A stretch of DNA of 39,176 bases from Candidatus Adlerbacteria bacterium (GTDB lineage: Bacteria > Patescibacteriota > Minisyncoccia > Phycocordibacterales > SBAW01): positions 1 to 39,176 of the forward strand of contig CAIMFR010000008.1 in the NCBI GenBank assembly GCA_903840375.1, in the 5' to 3' direction. Below are positions 9,270 to 18,862 of the stretch, piece by piece; position 1 is the stretch's first letter, and each line of letters starts with the position of its first letter. The notes under the pieces are model-generated. The model saw nothing but the letters and a program-made list of their open reading frames with translations. It was not told the DNA's origin and searched no databases. Position numbers and translations under genes: made by a program.

Positions 9270-11225
9270 ATGGCGTTCGAGAAGCGGGATATTGTTGACC
9301 GACTGAAGATGAAACTTTACGCGCGCATAGGTTCGCCTGTGTTCGATATAAAAAAGCGCACGCCGCTACCGCAACCCAAAGAAAACGTGCCCGTGCAATG
9401 GGAAGGTGGTAATCCTCCGACAACTTCAGGCGCAGAACCGGAACAAAAATTGCTTTCGCAACTACCACGATCTATGGCAAAAAAGCATCGTTCATTTGCA
9501 ACAAAATTCTTTATAGGTTCAGTTGTCTTTTTCTTGGCAGCTCTTGCTGTTGCTGCGTATCTCTTTTTCGCGGGAGGAAATACCATTTCGCCGCAGAACA
9601 TAGATATGCAGGTTGTGATGCCTTCGCTTGTGGACAGCGGCAAAGAGGCATCATTCGACGTCATTATAGGCAACAGAAATCCAGCACCACTCCAGCTGGT
9701 CGACCTGATCATCGACTACCCGAGCGGTACGCGCGATGCTCAGAACAATGTGCTTGCGCACGTACGACAGAGTATCGGCACTATCGCCTCCGGCGAACAG
9801 TTGAAACGCACGGCGAGTGCCGTTTTCTACGGGCAGGAGGGAACACAGCAGAAGATCACTGCGACACTCGAGTACAGTGTTGTGGGTTCGAATGCGATCT
9901 TCCAAAAAACGGCGGATGTTTCTTTCGCGATAGGATCATCACCCATTTCCATAACGGTCAACGCGCCGACAGAGGCTATTTCCGGACAGACTTTCCCGAT
10001 CGATGTTGTTGTGCAGAGCAATCTCACAACTACCTTGCAAGGTGTTGCGATACAGGGTCAGTATCCGTTCGGCTATACGGTGGAGAGCTCGACTCCTCTC
10101 GCAGAGGCGGGTAATACGTTGTGGAGGCTCGGCACTCTTGCACCAGGCGCATCACGAACATTACATCTTACGGGTTCGGTGGACGGACAGGACGGCGACA
10201 GTAAAGTATTCCGATTCATCGCAGGCACAGGTATTGCGTCCACTGATACGACTATCGCACTGCCTATCCTTGTCGTGCCGTACACCACGATCGTGCGTCA
10301 GCCGTTTATCACCGCAATACTCACCGTCGATAGTCAGACAGGTAAAACCGTATCTGCGCAACCCGGCGAGCCGGTCACAGGGACGATCACATGGAAAAAC
10401 AATTTGCCGGATTCTGTTTCCGATGTGAGTATTGTTCTGTCTCTAACTGGTCCGATAGTGGATAAAAGCACAGTTACTTCCGCGAACGGGTTTTACCAGT
10501 CGTCCGATTCAACCCTGACATGGTCAAAGGATCAGGAACAAAACTTTGCACAGATAGCGCCGGGAGAAACGGGCACGCTCTCATTCTCCTTCTCGCCGCT
10601 TGTCCCTGGTGCCAGCGGAGTCGTGTACATGAATCCGACGGCAGAGCTCGGGTTGACCATTAAAGGAACGCGGCAAAGCGAAACCAATGTGCCGGAACAA
10701 GTATCTTCCGCGGCGTCTACAGAGGTTCAATTTGCATCAGCAGTTTCCGTCGATGCGAAAGCTGTGCACTTTTCCGGTCCGTTCGTTAACAGCGGTCCGA
10801 TGCCGCCAGTTGCAGAACAGCCGACGACATATTCTGTCGTGTGGACGGTAAAAAATTCCTCAAACGCGGTCGCGAATACAACAGTTTCGACAGTGTTGCC
10901 GCCGTATGTGAATTTTGTCACTACAACTGCCGGCAATGGCATCAGTTACGACGCATCGAGTCGGACAGTCACATGGAATATCGGTAATTTTGGCGCAGGG
11001 GTTGGTTACAGTTCGCAGGCTCAATCATCATCGTTCCAGCTATCCCTCTCGCCAAGCTCTTCGCAGATAGGTAATTCGGTTACGCTTACCGGCCTGACAA
11101 CTTTGTCCGGCGAGGATCGTTTCGCGCAAGTCCAAGTTCAGGCGTCGGCCAATGTGCTGACCACAGACCTTTCCTCATCGGATACTAATTTTCTATCAGG
11201 CATGGAAAAAGTCGTGGGGAAGTAA
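9270..11225 (+). CDS. Membrane-anchored extracellular protein with tandem Ig-like (DUF11-like) domains
   Basis: Cytoplasmic N-terminus, one TM helix (FFIGSVVFFLAALAVAAYLFF), repeated beta-sandwich motifs (WRLGTLAPG, TVTWNIGN). Confidence 0.75.
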   Translation: MAFEKRDIVDRLKMKLYARIGSPVFDIKKRTPLPQPKENVPVQWEGGNPPTTSGAEPEQKLLSQLPRSMAKKHRSFATKFFIGSVVFFLAALAVAAYLFFAGGNTISPQNIDMQVVMPSLVDSGKEASFDVIIGNRNPAPLQLVDLIIDYPSGTRDAQNNVLAHVRQSIGTIASGEQLKRTASAVFYGQEGTQQKITATLEYSVVGSNAIFQKTADVSFAIGSSPISITVNAPTEAISGQTFPIDVVVQSNLTTTLQGVAIQGQYPFGYTVESSTPLAEAGNTLWRLGTLAPGASRTLHLTGSVDGQDGDSKVFRFIAGTGIASTDTTIALPILVVPYTTIVRQPFITAILTVDSQTGKTVSAQPGEPVTGTITWKNNLPDSVSDVSIVLSLTGPIVDKSTVTSANGFYQSSDSTLTWSKDQEQNFAQIAPGETGTLSFSFSPLVPGASGVVYMNPTAELGLTIKGTRQSETNVPEQVSSAASTEVQFASAVSVDAKAVHFSGPFVNSGPMPPVAEQPTTYSVVWTVKNSSNAVANTTVSTVLPPYVNFVTTTAGNGISYDASSRTVTWNIGNFGAGVGYSSQAQSSSFQLSLSPSSSQIGNSVTLTGLTTLSGEDRFAQVQVQASANVLTTDLSSSDTNFLSGMEKVVGK

Positions 11226-11297
11226 TCGTTTTTCCATCTATCGACAAAGAGTAGGAATCATGTAGGCTTGCAATGGCAGTATTCATGGGAGGAAACC

Positions 11298-11840
11298 ATG
11301 TTAGTTTCTCTAAGGAAAGATGATCCCGTACCTGTTCCGGAGTTGGTCGCGGCAAGTCTTGAGCCTGTCGGCACTGTTGCAGTTCAAGCAATAGGCCGTT
11401 TCAAGGTCGCTGATTGGTATGGGGGCAAAGAGATCGCTCCCATCACTGACATTAACGACAGGTTCAAGACGCTCCTTTTCGGTGTCACTGAGGAACCTGT
11501 CGATGCTATGTCACTGAATATAAGCCGGTTGACGGGTCCGTCACATGATCCTCCGATCATGCTCGCGCTCGGCACAGGAAAACCGTGTGGAAAGTATGAA
11601 GTGACGCTCGGGCAGTTTCAGTACGCTCTCCCCGTCATTAGCATGTCCGCATATAAAGAAGGGGACGAAGATGATCCTGTGCCGTTGGTGGACGACGGAT
11701 TCACAGTCTTCGGATATGTGGAAGTGGGTGGTGTCATATGCACCGTGAGTGCAAAGTGGCACGACGGATGGCAAATAGGAGAGTATCCTGTTCCGTCTCA
11801 ATACGAATGGCCGGACGGATTCTATGTCCTGCATCGGTGA
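11298..11840 (+). CDS. Hypothetical protein with aromatic C-terminus (possible C-type-lectin-like fold)
   Basis: SD GGGAGG 5 nt before ATG 11298; own terminator. Confidence 0.65.
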   Translation: MLVSLRKDDPVPVPELVAASLEPVGTVAVQAIGRFKVADWYGGKEIAPITDINDRFKTLLFGVTEEPVDAMSLNISRLTGPSHDPPIMLALGTGKPCGKYEVTLGQFQYALPVISMSAYKEGDEDDPVPLVDDGFTVFGYVEVGGVICTVSAKWHDGWQIGEYPVPSQYEWPDGFYVLHR

Positions 11841-11858
11841 GCTTTTCAAGCTGTTGTG

Positions 11859-11891
11859 GCCCTCCTAACCATGGAGGGCTTTTACTTTTTT
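11859..11891 (+). terminator. Intrinsic terminator
   Basis: GCCCTCC/GGAGGGC stem followed by T-rich tail. Confidence 0.7.
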
Positions 11892-11976
11892 AGATGCGGC
11901 GATAAAGCCCTCTTGTGTATTAAAAGTATTGAAGTATTGTCTTTTTGGCAGAACAAAATGAAAACAGGAGTTCGCA

Positions 11977-12472
11977 ATGACAAGTATTCGTTTGGCTGTC
12001 TTCGATTGGGATGGGCACGCTGGTCGACAGCGGTCCACAGGCGTATGAGGCGTTATGCTCAGTCTTCCGGAGTTGTGGCATAGTACCTCCACCCATAGAA
12101 ATATATCTTGCGGAAATACAGCTCAATAGCAACGACTTCATGGTCTTCTATCGGAAATACGGCGTGCCGCAGAGCGTGACAAATGTCGGCGTTAGTTCGC
12201 TTAAGATCGAGCATCTTATCGACAAGGTCACGACAAATGCTGTAGACAAGGCCGCAGCGCTGCTCGACTGTTCAAAATATTTCGGTATCTCTCCCAGACT
12301 ATCTGTGTATGTCGACGACACCTTTGCGGGTATCTCGGCAGCAAAGGAAGCGGGGTTCATCGCTGTTGCAATTCTCGGGGGATACAACGACAGGGCGAGG
12401 CTCGAGTCTGCAAATCCGGATCACATTATCGAGTCTATGGAAGAATTGCCGGCACTGCTCGCAAGGCTTTGA
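11977..12472 (+). pseudogene. HAD-family hydrolase, frameshifted
   Basis: AGGAG-led ATG 11977 gives MTSIRLAVFDWDG; an extra G at 12013-12015 shifts TLVDS into another frame; C-terminal YVDDTFAGISAAKEAG (motif IV) is retained. Confidence 0.75.
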
Positions 12473-12498
12473 AGGTTTCCCGCATCGGTAACTCACTA

Positions 12499-12528
12499 AA
12501 CCCTCCTATTTTTCGGAGGGTTGTTTTT
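12499..12528 (+). terminator. Intrinsic terminator
   Basis: AACCCTCC/GGAGGGTT stem followed by GTTTTT. Confidence 0.6.
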
Positions 12529-12562
12529 ATCCACTAATTTCGCATATGCGAAATTAGTGGAT
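12529..12562. repeat. Perfect 34-bp palindrome
   Basis: ATCCACTAATTTCGCAT|ATGCGAAATTAGTGGAT. Confidence 0.9.
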
Positions 12563-12608
12563 GTTTTGCCTTGCTGTAAAAAATAAAAAATCAGTGTACT
12601 ATGTCGAT

Positions 12609-13934
12609 ATGGAACAGGGGAATGATTTGATGGAAAAAATAGTGTCGCTGTGCAAGCGTCGCGGGTTCATATACCAAGGGTCTGAAATATACGGCGGGCT
12701 TGCGGGCACGTGGGATTACGGGCCGCTCGGCGTCGCGCTCAAAAATAATATAAAAAATACATGGTGGCGACTCTTCGTCGAAGGTCGCGATGATATGTAT
12801 GGCATAGATGCTGCGATACTCATGAGTCCGAAAGTGTGGGAAGCAAGCGGACACGTATCAGGTTTTTCCGACCCACTTGTCGAATGCGAAAAATGCAAGC
12901 GCCGTTTTCGCGCCGACCAAATAGAGGTTGGGGAAAATGGTATTCAATCTTGTCCGGACTGTGGTGCGAAGCTTGGCGCGTCTAGGCAATTCAACATGAT
13001 GTTCAAGACGCATATCGGCGCGACGGAGGACGAGTCGAGTGTGTCGTATCTTCGACCGGAAACAGCCGGCGGCATCTTTGTTAATTTTAAGAATGTCATG
13101 GATTCTTTCCACCCAAAACTTCCGTTTGGTATCGGGCAGGTGGGCAAGGCTTTCCGCAATGAGATAGCACCTCGCGATTTTATCTTTCGCGTGCGCGAGT
13201 TCGAACAGATGGAGATCGAATATTTCATTCGGCCGAGCGAATGGGAGGCGAAGTTTGAGGAATGGCGCGCTGCCGTGCATGAGTTCAATGCCGCGATCGG
13301 TATTCCAAAGGCGCAGGTGCACGAGCTTGAAGTTTTGCAGGAAGACCGTGCGTTTTACAGCAAACGCACGATAGATTTCGAATTCGATTTTCCGTTTGGC
13401 CGTAAAGAATTATATGGTTTGGCGTATCGCACCGATTACGATCTATCTGCGCATGAAAAAGGGTCAGGACAGCATCTTAGATATTCGGACGAGGGTGAGG
13501 AGTCGTTCGTGCCGCACGTCATAGAGCCGTCATTTGGTGTCGACCGCGCCGTGCTCGCCGTGCTCGCGTCCGCATATACAGAGGATGAGCTGGGAGGTGA
13601 GAAGCGCGTATATCTCAAATTGAAGCCGTCAGTCGCACCGGTTAAAGCTGCCGTTTTTCCATTGCTCAAAAACAAACCGGAGTTGGTGGCAAAAGCTCGC
13701 GAAATCTACATCGCTCTCAAAAAAGAAATCCCGCAGATAATGTGGGACGACAACGGCAACATCGGCAAACGCTATCGTAGGCAGGACGAGATAGGCACGC
13801 CGTGGTGCGTCACGGTCGACTTCGATACATTGGAAAACGGCACAGTTACCGTACGTGATCGCGACACCGGGCAGCAGGAGCGTGTGTCGGCGGCAGAACT
13901 CGCCAAGTTGTTTTCAGAAAAGATAAAAGTTTAA
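12609..13934 (+). CDS. glyQS: Glycine--tRNA ligase (alpha2 type)
   Basis: LCKRRGF, YGGLAGTWDYGPLG, YLRPETA, FRNEIAPR.FIFRVREFEQME, PHVIEPSFG, IGKRYRRQDEIGTP. Confidence 0.96.
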   Translation: MEQGNDLMEKIVSLCKRRGFIYQGSEIYGGLAGTWDYGPLGVALKNNIKNTWWRLFVEGRDDMYGIDAAILMSPKVWEASGHVSGFSDPLVECEKCKRRFRADQIEVGENGIQSCPDCGAKLGASRQFNMMFKTHIGATEDESSVSYLRPETAGGIFVNFKNVMDSFHPKLPFGIGQVGKAFRNEIAPRDFIFRVREFEQMEIEYFIRPSEWEAKFEEWRAAVHEFNAAIGIPKAQVHELEVLQEDRAFYSKRTIDFEFDFPFGRKELYGLAYRTDYDLSAHEKGSGQHLRYSDEGEESFVPHVIEPSFGVDRAVLAVLASAYTEDELGGEKRVYLKLKPSVAPVKAAVFPLLKNKPELVAKAREIYIALKKEIPQIMWDDNGNIGKRYRRQDEIGTPWCVTVDFDTLENGTVTVRDRDTGQQERVSAAELAKLFSEKIKV

Positions 13935-13988
13935 TAATAAACATATAGGCTCGCACATATTTTGCGGCGGTTGTGTTAGGATGTGAAT

Positions 13989-15056
13989 ATGAACGACAGG
14001 AATATTACGGTCAACATCACATCTGGGAGCATAATCCGCACCATACTTTTCCTTTTGCTCATGACTGTATTGTGGTTCTTGCGCGACATCGTGTTGATCG
14101 TTTTGACCGCCGTGGTAATCGCATCGTCGATGGAACCTGGTGTGCGCGTGCTGATGCGTCGCGCCAAGATCTCGCGTGTATTCGCGGTTACCAGCATCTA
14201 CGCGCTCACCGGCATCGTATTTTTCGGCACTCTGGTGTTCTTTATTCCGCCGCTTCTTAATGATGCATCCACATTTCTTTCCCGACTTCCTAGTGCTCTA
14301 ACTTCATTTAACATTTCAGATGTTACGCACGGGCTTTTGCCGTGGGGCAATGTGTCAGACACCATCTCATCCTCCGATCTTTTGCGAAATATTTCCACTA
14401 CCATCGCCAACACAACGGGCGGCGTATTCACTACACTTTCGGCATTTTTCGGCGGACTGTATTCATTTGTGCTTATCGTCGTTTTTGCGATTTACTTTTC
14501 AGTGCAGGAGACGGGCGTTGAAGATTTCTTGCGCATCGTGACACCGGTCGGAAAGGAAGCATACGTGCTCCATCTATGGAAACGCTCGCAGGAAAAAATA
14601 GGCAAGTGGATGCAGGGTCAGCTGGTGCTCGCGGCGCTCGTGAGTATTTTACTCTATCTCGGCCTCGTGATCCTCGGCGTGCCAAATGCGCTTTTGCTCG
14701 CCGCAATAGCCGCTGTATTCGAACTCATTCCTGTATTCGGGCAATTTATGGCCGCAATCCCGGCCATTGTTGTCGCTTTCGGAAGCGGCGGCACGACGCT
14801 TGCACTTTTGGTCGCCGGACTTTACCTGATAGTGCAGCAATTCGAGGCACATCTCATCTATCCGCTCGTCGTTAAAAAGATCGTCGGCGTGCCGCCGCTT
14901 CTCGTCATACTTTCGCTCATTGTCGGATTAAAAATGGTAGGTTTTCTCGGTGTACTTCTTTCCGTGCCGATCGCCGGAGCGATACAGGAATATGTTTCTG
15001 ACATTAGCCGTGAAAAAGCTCGTGTGCTTGCTCAGAGGGGGTTGACTACGGAATGA
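13989..15056 (+). CDS. AI-2E family transporter
   Basis: Multi-TM; KIGKWMQGQL, ELIPVFG, VQQFEAHLIYP, GVLLSVP motifs. Confidence 0.88.
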   Translation: MNDRNITVNITSGSIIRTILFLLLMTVLWFLRDIVLIVLTAVVIASSMEPGVRVLMRRAKISRVFAVTSIYALTGIVFFGTLVFFIPPLLNDASTFLSRLPSALTSFNISDVTHGLLPWGNVSDTISSSDLLRNISTTIANTTGGVFTTLSAFFGGLYSFVLIVVFAIYFSVQETGVEDFLRIVTPVGKEAYVLHLWKRSQEKIGKWMQGQLVLAALVSILLYLGLVILGVPNALLLAAIAAVFELIPVFGQFMAAIPAIVVAFGSGGTTLALLVAGLYLIVQQFEAHLIYPLVVKKIVGVPPLLVILSLIVGLKMVGFLGVLLSVPIAGAIQEYVSDISREKARVLAQRGLTTE

Positions 15057-15077
15057 AAAGCTAGGTAGGATTCCGAT

Positions 15078-16517
15078 ATGTCCAACGAGAAAAAATTTTA
15101 CATTACCACGCCAATCTTCTACCCCAACGCGAAGCCGCACATGGGGCACGCGTACACGGTGGTGTTGAGCGACTGTCTGGCGCGCTACCATCGTTTGGTC
15201 GGTGATAGTACGTATCTTCTCTCCGGTCTCGATGAGAACACACAGAAGATGGTCAATTCCGCTCGTGCAGTCGGGAAGGAACCGCTTGAGTTTCTCGATG
15301 GCATTGCCAGCATTTTCAAAAATCTCTATACAGAGCTCGATATTTCCAACGACCAGTTCATTCGCACGACCGACCGGAAGGCGCATTGGCCCGGCGCGCA
15401 GGCGCTCTGGCAAAAATTGGTTGATTCCGGCGATATCTATAAAAAATCGTACGAAGGTTTGTATTGTGTCGGACACGAAGCATTCGTCACGGAGAAAGAT
15501 CTCGTCGACGGAAAGTGTCCGGACCATGCCACTGCACCGGAGTTTGTGAAAGAGGAAAATTATTTCTTCCGCCTTTCGCGGTACGCGCAACAGTTGCGGG
15601 AAAAGATCGCGAGCGATGAACTGCATATTTTCCCGCAGAGTAGAAAAAATGAAATACTCTCCTTTATCGACAAGGAAGGCTTGGATGACGTGAGTTTTTC
15701 TAGACCACGCAAAGCTGACTGGCCGAAAGGGCTCGGCATACCAGTGCCGGGAGATGATTCGCAGGTGATGTATGTCTGGTGCGACGCATTATCCAATTAC
15801 ATCACGGCGCTCGGCTACGGTCGCAACGACGAACTTTTCAAAACATTCTGGCCGGCAGACGTGCATGTTATTGGCAAAGATATTTTGCGATTCCATGCCG
15901 CCATTTGGCCGGGCATGCTTATGTCTGCGGGGCTTCCGTTGCCAAAGTCACTCATGGTGCACGGCCTTATCCTCTCCGGCGGAAAGAAAATGTCGAAAAC
16001 GCTCGGCAATGTTATAGATTCGCAGGATTTGCTTACAGAATATGGCGCGGAGGCGGTGCGCTACTATCTCGCGCGCCACGTCACGCCATTCGAGGATGGC
16101 GATGTTACGCCGGAAAGTTTCAAGGAAGTTTACAACGCCAATCTTGCCAATGGGCTTGGTAATCTTGCCGCACGCGTGATGAAATTGGCAGAGACGCATT
16201 TGGAAAAAGTAGACGTTCCGGAGCTGGTGGAGTTGCCGCCGGAGTACGTCGAGGCATTTGAGAAGTTTGAGATAAATCGCGCATTCGATATCATTTTTTC
16301 GCGTGTTCAAGCACTCGACCAAATGATAACGCAGACAGAGCCGTTCAAGCTGGTGAAGACCGACCTAGAGGCAGGAAAAAAACTCATAGCTGACATGGCA
16401 AAAGAGCTGTATCGCATTGGCCACTTCCTCACTCCATTTCTTCCAAAAACAGCAGAGAAAATAAAAGAAGCAGTACGCACCAATAAAAAACCGGAAACTT
16501 TATTCCCTAGGAAATGA
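15078..16517 (+). CDS. metG: Methionine--tRNA ligase (short, monomeric type)
   Basis: YITTPIFYPNAKPHMGH, YVWCDAL.NY, GKDILRFHA..WP, KMSKTLGN. Confidence 0.97.
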   Translation: MSNEKKFYITTPIFYPNAKPHMGHAYTVVLSDCLARYHRLVGDSTYLLSGLDENTQKMVNSARAVGKEPLEFLDGIASIFKNLYTELDISNDQFIRTTDRKAHWPGAQALWQKLVDSGDIYKKSYEGLYCVGHEAFVTEKDLVDGKCPDHATAPEFVKEENYFFRLSRYAQQLREKIASDELHIFPQSRKNEILSFIDKEGLDDVSFSRPRKADWPKGLGIPVPGDDSQVMYVWCDALSNYITALGYGRNDELFKTFWPADVHVIGKDILRFHAAIWPGMLMSAGLPLPKSLMVHGLILSGGKKMSKTLGNVIDSQDLLTEYGAEAVRYYLARHVTPFEDGDVTPESFKEVYNANLANGLGNLAARVMKLAETHLEKVDVPELVELPPEYVEAFEKFEINRAFDIIFSRVQALDQMITQTEPFKLVKTDLEAGKKLIADMAKELYRIGHFLTPFLPKTAEKIKEAVRTNKKPETLFPRK

Positions 16518-16614
16518 AAAGTGTGCACGGATAACTGATGGCTATATTGATTATCCTACATATGTAGGTATAGTAGTCCGCGGAGTAGTTGTGTATGTAA
16601 CTTGAAGTGAGAGG

Positions 16615-16728
16615 GTGATAAGTTCTGATGTGTTGTTTCTGGAGCAGCAGTTGGAGGAATACGATCCGGATGCGTATTTCACGGTAAAGGAGTTTCATCT
16701 TCTTGCTAGCCAGCTTAAATTAAGCTGA
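16615..16728 (+). CDS. Possible small orphan peptide, 37 aa (VISSDVLFLEQQLEEYDPDAYFTVKEFHLLASQLKLS)
   Basis: Open frame in the metG-tatD gap followed by a terminator; start uncertain, may be a remnant. Confidence 0.3.
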   Translation: MISSDVLFLEQQLEEYDPDAYFTVKEFHLLASQLKLS

Positions 16729-16767
16729 AAAAATGACTGGCAATTGTTTCGCAAATACCTATATCTC

Positions 16768-16801
16768 CCGCCTGGATCTATTTCCAGGCGGTATTTTTTT
16801 T
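16768..16801 (+). terminator. Intrinsic terminator
   Basis: CCGCCTGGA/TCCAGGCGG stem followed by a T run. Confidence 0.75.
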
Positions 16802-16826
16802 GAATATTGTAGTATCCTGTTCATGT

Positions 16827-17612
16827 ATGGATCTGAAATTGTTTGATACGCATTGTCACATTCAATTCGCGCAGTTTGATGCTGATAGAGATGCTGTTTT
16901 GGCGCGCATGGTGGAAAAAAAGATGGGCGCTGTTGTTGTGGGGACAGATTTGGCTAGTAGTCAGGTGGCGGTTGAATTGGCTCGGCAGCATGATTTTCTT
17001 TGGGTATCTGTTGGGCTGCATCCTACCGACAGCCATGGTGGAGTGTTTGATGAGGATGCGTTCGCCGAGCTCGCGAAAGACCCGAAAGTCGTCGCGATAG
17101 GTGAGTGTGGGCTCGATTATTTCCGCATCGCAGAAGCCGATAAGGAACGCGCAAAGAAAACACAGACGGATATTTTGCGGCCGCAGATCGAGCTTTCGAT
17201 AAAGGTAAAAAAACCGATGATGATACATTGCCGCGACGCGCACGAAGATCTTTTGCCGATGGTTGAGCAGTATAAACGAGAAAATAGCGATGGTTTGCAG
17301 GTGATCATGCACTTTTTCACCGGCACAGCAGAGCTTGCTCGCAAGTGTCTCGCGCTCGGTTGTTATTTGTCATTTCCCGGGCCGATCACTTTTACCGACA
17401 TGTATGACGAGTCGATAATCGCAACTCCGATGGATAAGATCTTGTCTGAGACCGATTCGCCATTTGCCGCTCCTGCAGAACACCGCGGACGTCGCAATGA
17501 ACCGGCATATGTCGAGGAAGTTGTCACCAAGCTCGCGTTACTCAGAAAAGTTTCTCAAGAAGAAATGTCAGCGCAAGTCGTCGCCAATGCCAAAAAGGTA
17601 TTCGGAATCTGA
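16827..17612 (+). CDS. tatD: TatD family deoxyribonuclease
   Basis: DTHCH, GLHP, AIGECGLDY, IHCRDA, HFF, ETDSPF, RNEP. Confidence 0.95.
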   Translation: MDLKLFDTHCHIQFAQFDADRDAVLARMVEKKMGAVVVGTDLASSQVAVELARQHDFLWVSVGLHPTDSHGGVFDEDAFAELAKDPKVVAIGECGLDYFRIAEADKERAKKTQTDILRPQIELSIKVKKPMMIHCRDAHEDLLPMVEQYKRENSDGLQVIMHFFTGTAELARKCLALGCYLSFPGPITFTDMYDESIIATPMDKILSETDSPFAAPAEHRGRRNEPAYVEEVVTKLALLRKVSQEEMSAQVVANAKKVFGI

Positions 17613-17650
17613 AAAGTTGCGCTTTTTTCGGACTATGCTAGGATATTCGC

Positions 17651-18172
17651 ATGACAGAAATATCGCAGGCCGAGGTTAAATCCGAGGCTTTATCCCAAGC
17701 GAAAATAGTAGAGAAGGGCCTCCCGGTATACGAGATCGCTTTTCACATCGCACCGTCTATCCCGGAGGATGGCGTTGCTGCTGTTGTTGAAAAGGTTCGC
17801 GCGACGCTTGGCGGCGCTGAGATCATTTCCGAGCGTTTCCCGCAGAAAATGACTCTCGCGTATACTGTTGAGCGCGCCGAGACCGGCAAACACGAGAAGT
17901 TCAACGAAGCATACTTTGGAGTCGTCAAATTTGCTGTCGACCGTAGTGCAATTCCTGCAATAGGAGTAGCTATTCGATCGATGCGAGACATCCTTCGCTT
18001 CCTTCTCATCGAGACGGTGCGCGAGGATATTTCAGTCGCGCCGCGCCGCACGGTATTTTCTTCCAACCGTTTGGAAGGCGAGACTCTTCACAAGCCTCTC
18101 GTCGAGGCGGAGAAGGGTGGAGAAGTATCCGATGTAGACCTTAACAAGTCGATCGAAGCACTTGTGGCATAA
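17651..18172 (+). CDS. rpsF: 30S ribosomal protein S6 (with N- and C-terminal extensions)
   Basis: YEIAFHI.P, LAY, ILRFLLI; rpsF-ssb-rpsR synteny. Confidence 0.85.
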   Translation: MTEISQAEVKSEALSQAKIVEKGLPVYEIAFHIAPSIPEDGVAAVVEKVRATLGGAEIISERFPQKMTLAYTVERAETGKHEKFNEAYFGVVKFAVDRSAIPAIGVAIRSMRDILRFLLIETVREDISVAPRRTVFSSNRLEGETLHKPLVEAEKGGEVSDVDLNKSIEALVA

Positions 18173-18179
18173 TTAGCAT

Positions 18180-18650
18180 ATGTACCTCAACAAAGCATTT
18201 CTCTACGGCAATCTTACACGCGACCCCGAGTTGCGCTCGTTGCCGTCCGGCGGGCAGGTTGCATCATTCTCGATAGCTACCAATCGCGTCTTCAAAAAGA
18301 CCGACGGCACGAAGCAGGAACAAGTCGACTTCCACAACATTGTCGTATTCGGCAAGCAAGCAGATATCGTGTCGCAGTATTGCAAGAAGGGCAGCCCTGT
18401 CTTGGTAGAAGGCCGCATTCAGACTCGCACATGGGAGAAAGATGGTGCGAAGCAGTATCGCACAGAGATAGTCTCCGACTATGTGCAGTTCGGTCCGCGC
18501 GCAGCAGGTGGTTCGTCTGCCGGCTCGCAAGGATATTCTGCAGGCAATTCGTCAGCATCGCACGGCGGGGCAGCCGAGCAGAAGTCGCCGAAAGAGGATG
18601 TGATCGAATATCCTCAGGAGGACATCAACACGGACGACATACCATTTTAA
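18180..18650 (+). CDS. ssb: Single-stranded DNA-binding protein
   Basis: [28 protein letters not shown]-terminal DDIPF. Confidence 0.97.
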   Translation: MYLNKAFLYGNLTRDPELRSLPSGGQVASFSIATNRVFKKTDGTKQEQVDFHNIVVFGKQADIVSQYCKKGSPVLVEGRIQTRTWEKDGAKQYRTEIVSDYVQFGPRAAGGSSAGSQGYSAGNSSASHGGAAEQKSPKEDVIEYPQEDINTDDIPF

Positions 18651-18663
18651 TCAAATTATTTTT

Positions 18664-18861
18664 ATGAAAACAGATACTTACGTCGCACATTTCCAGCATA
18701 TCGACTACAAAGACGTCGAGACGCTCAAAAAGTTCATCAACCCGCATGGCAAGATAATGGCGCGCCGCCGCACCGGTCTTTCCGCCGCCAACCAGCGCGC
18801 GCTAGCCGAGGCAGTCAAACGCGCCCGCTTCATGGCACTCATTCCGTACATCGTTCGATAG
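18664..18861 (+). CDS. rpsR: 30S ribosomal protein S18
   Basis: [22 protein letters not shown]....[16 protein letters not shown]. Confidence 0.96.
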   Translation: MKTDTYVAHFQHIDYKDVETLKKFINPHGKIMARRRTGLSAANQRALAEAVKRARFMALIPYIVR

Positions 18862-18862
18862 T

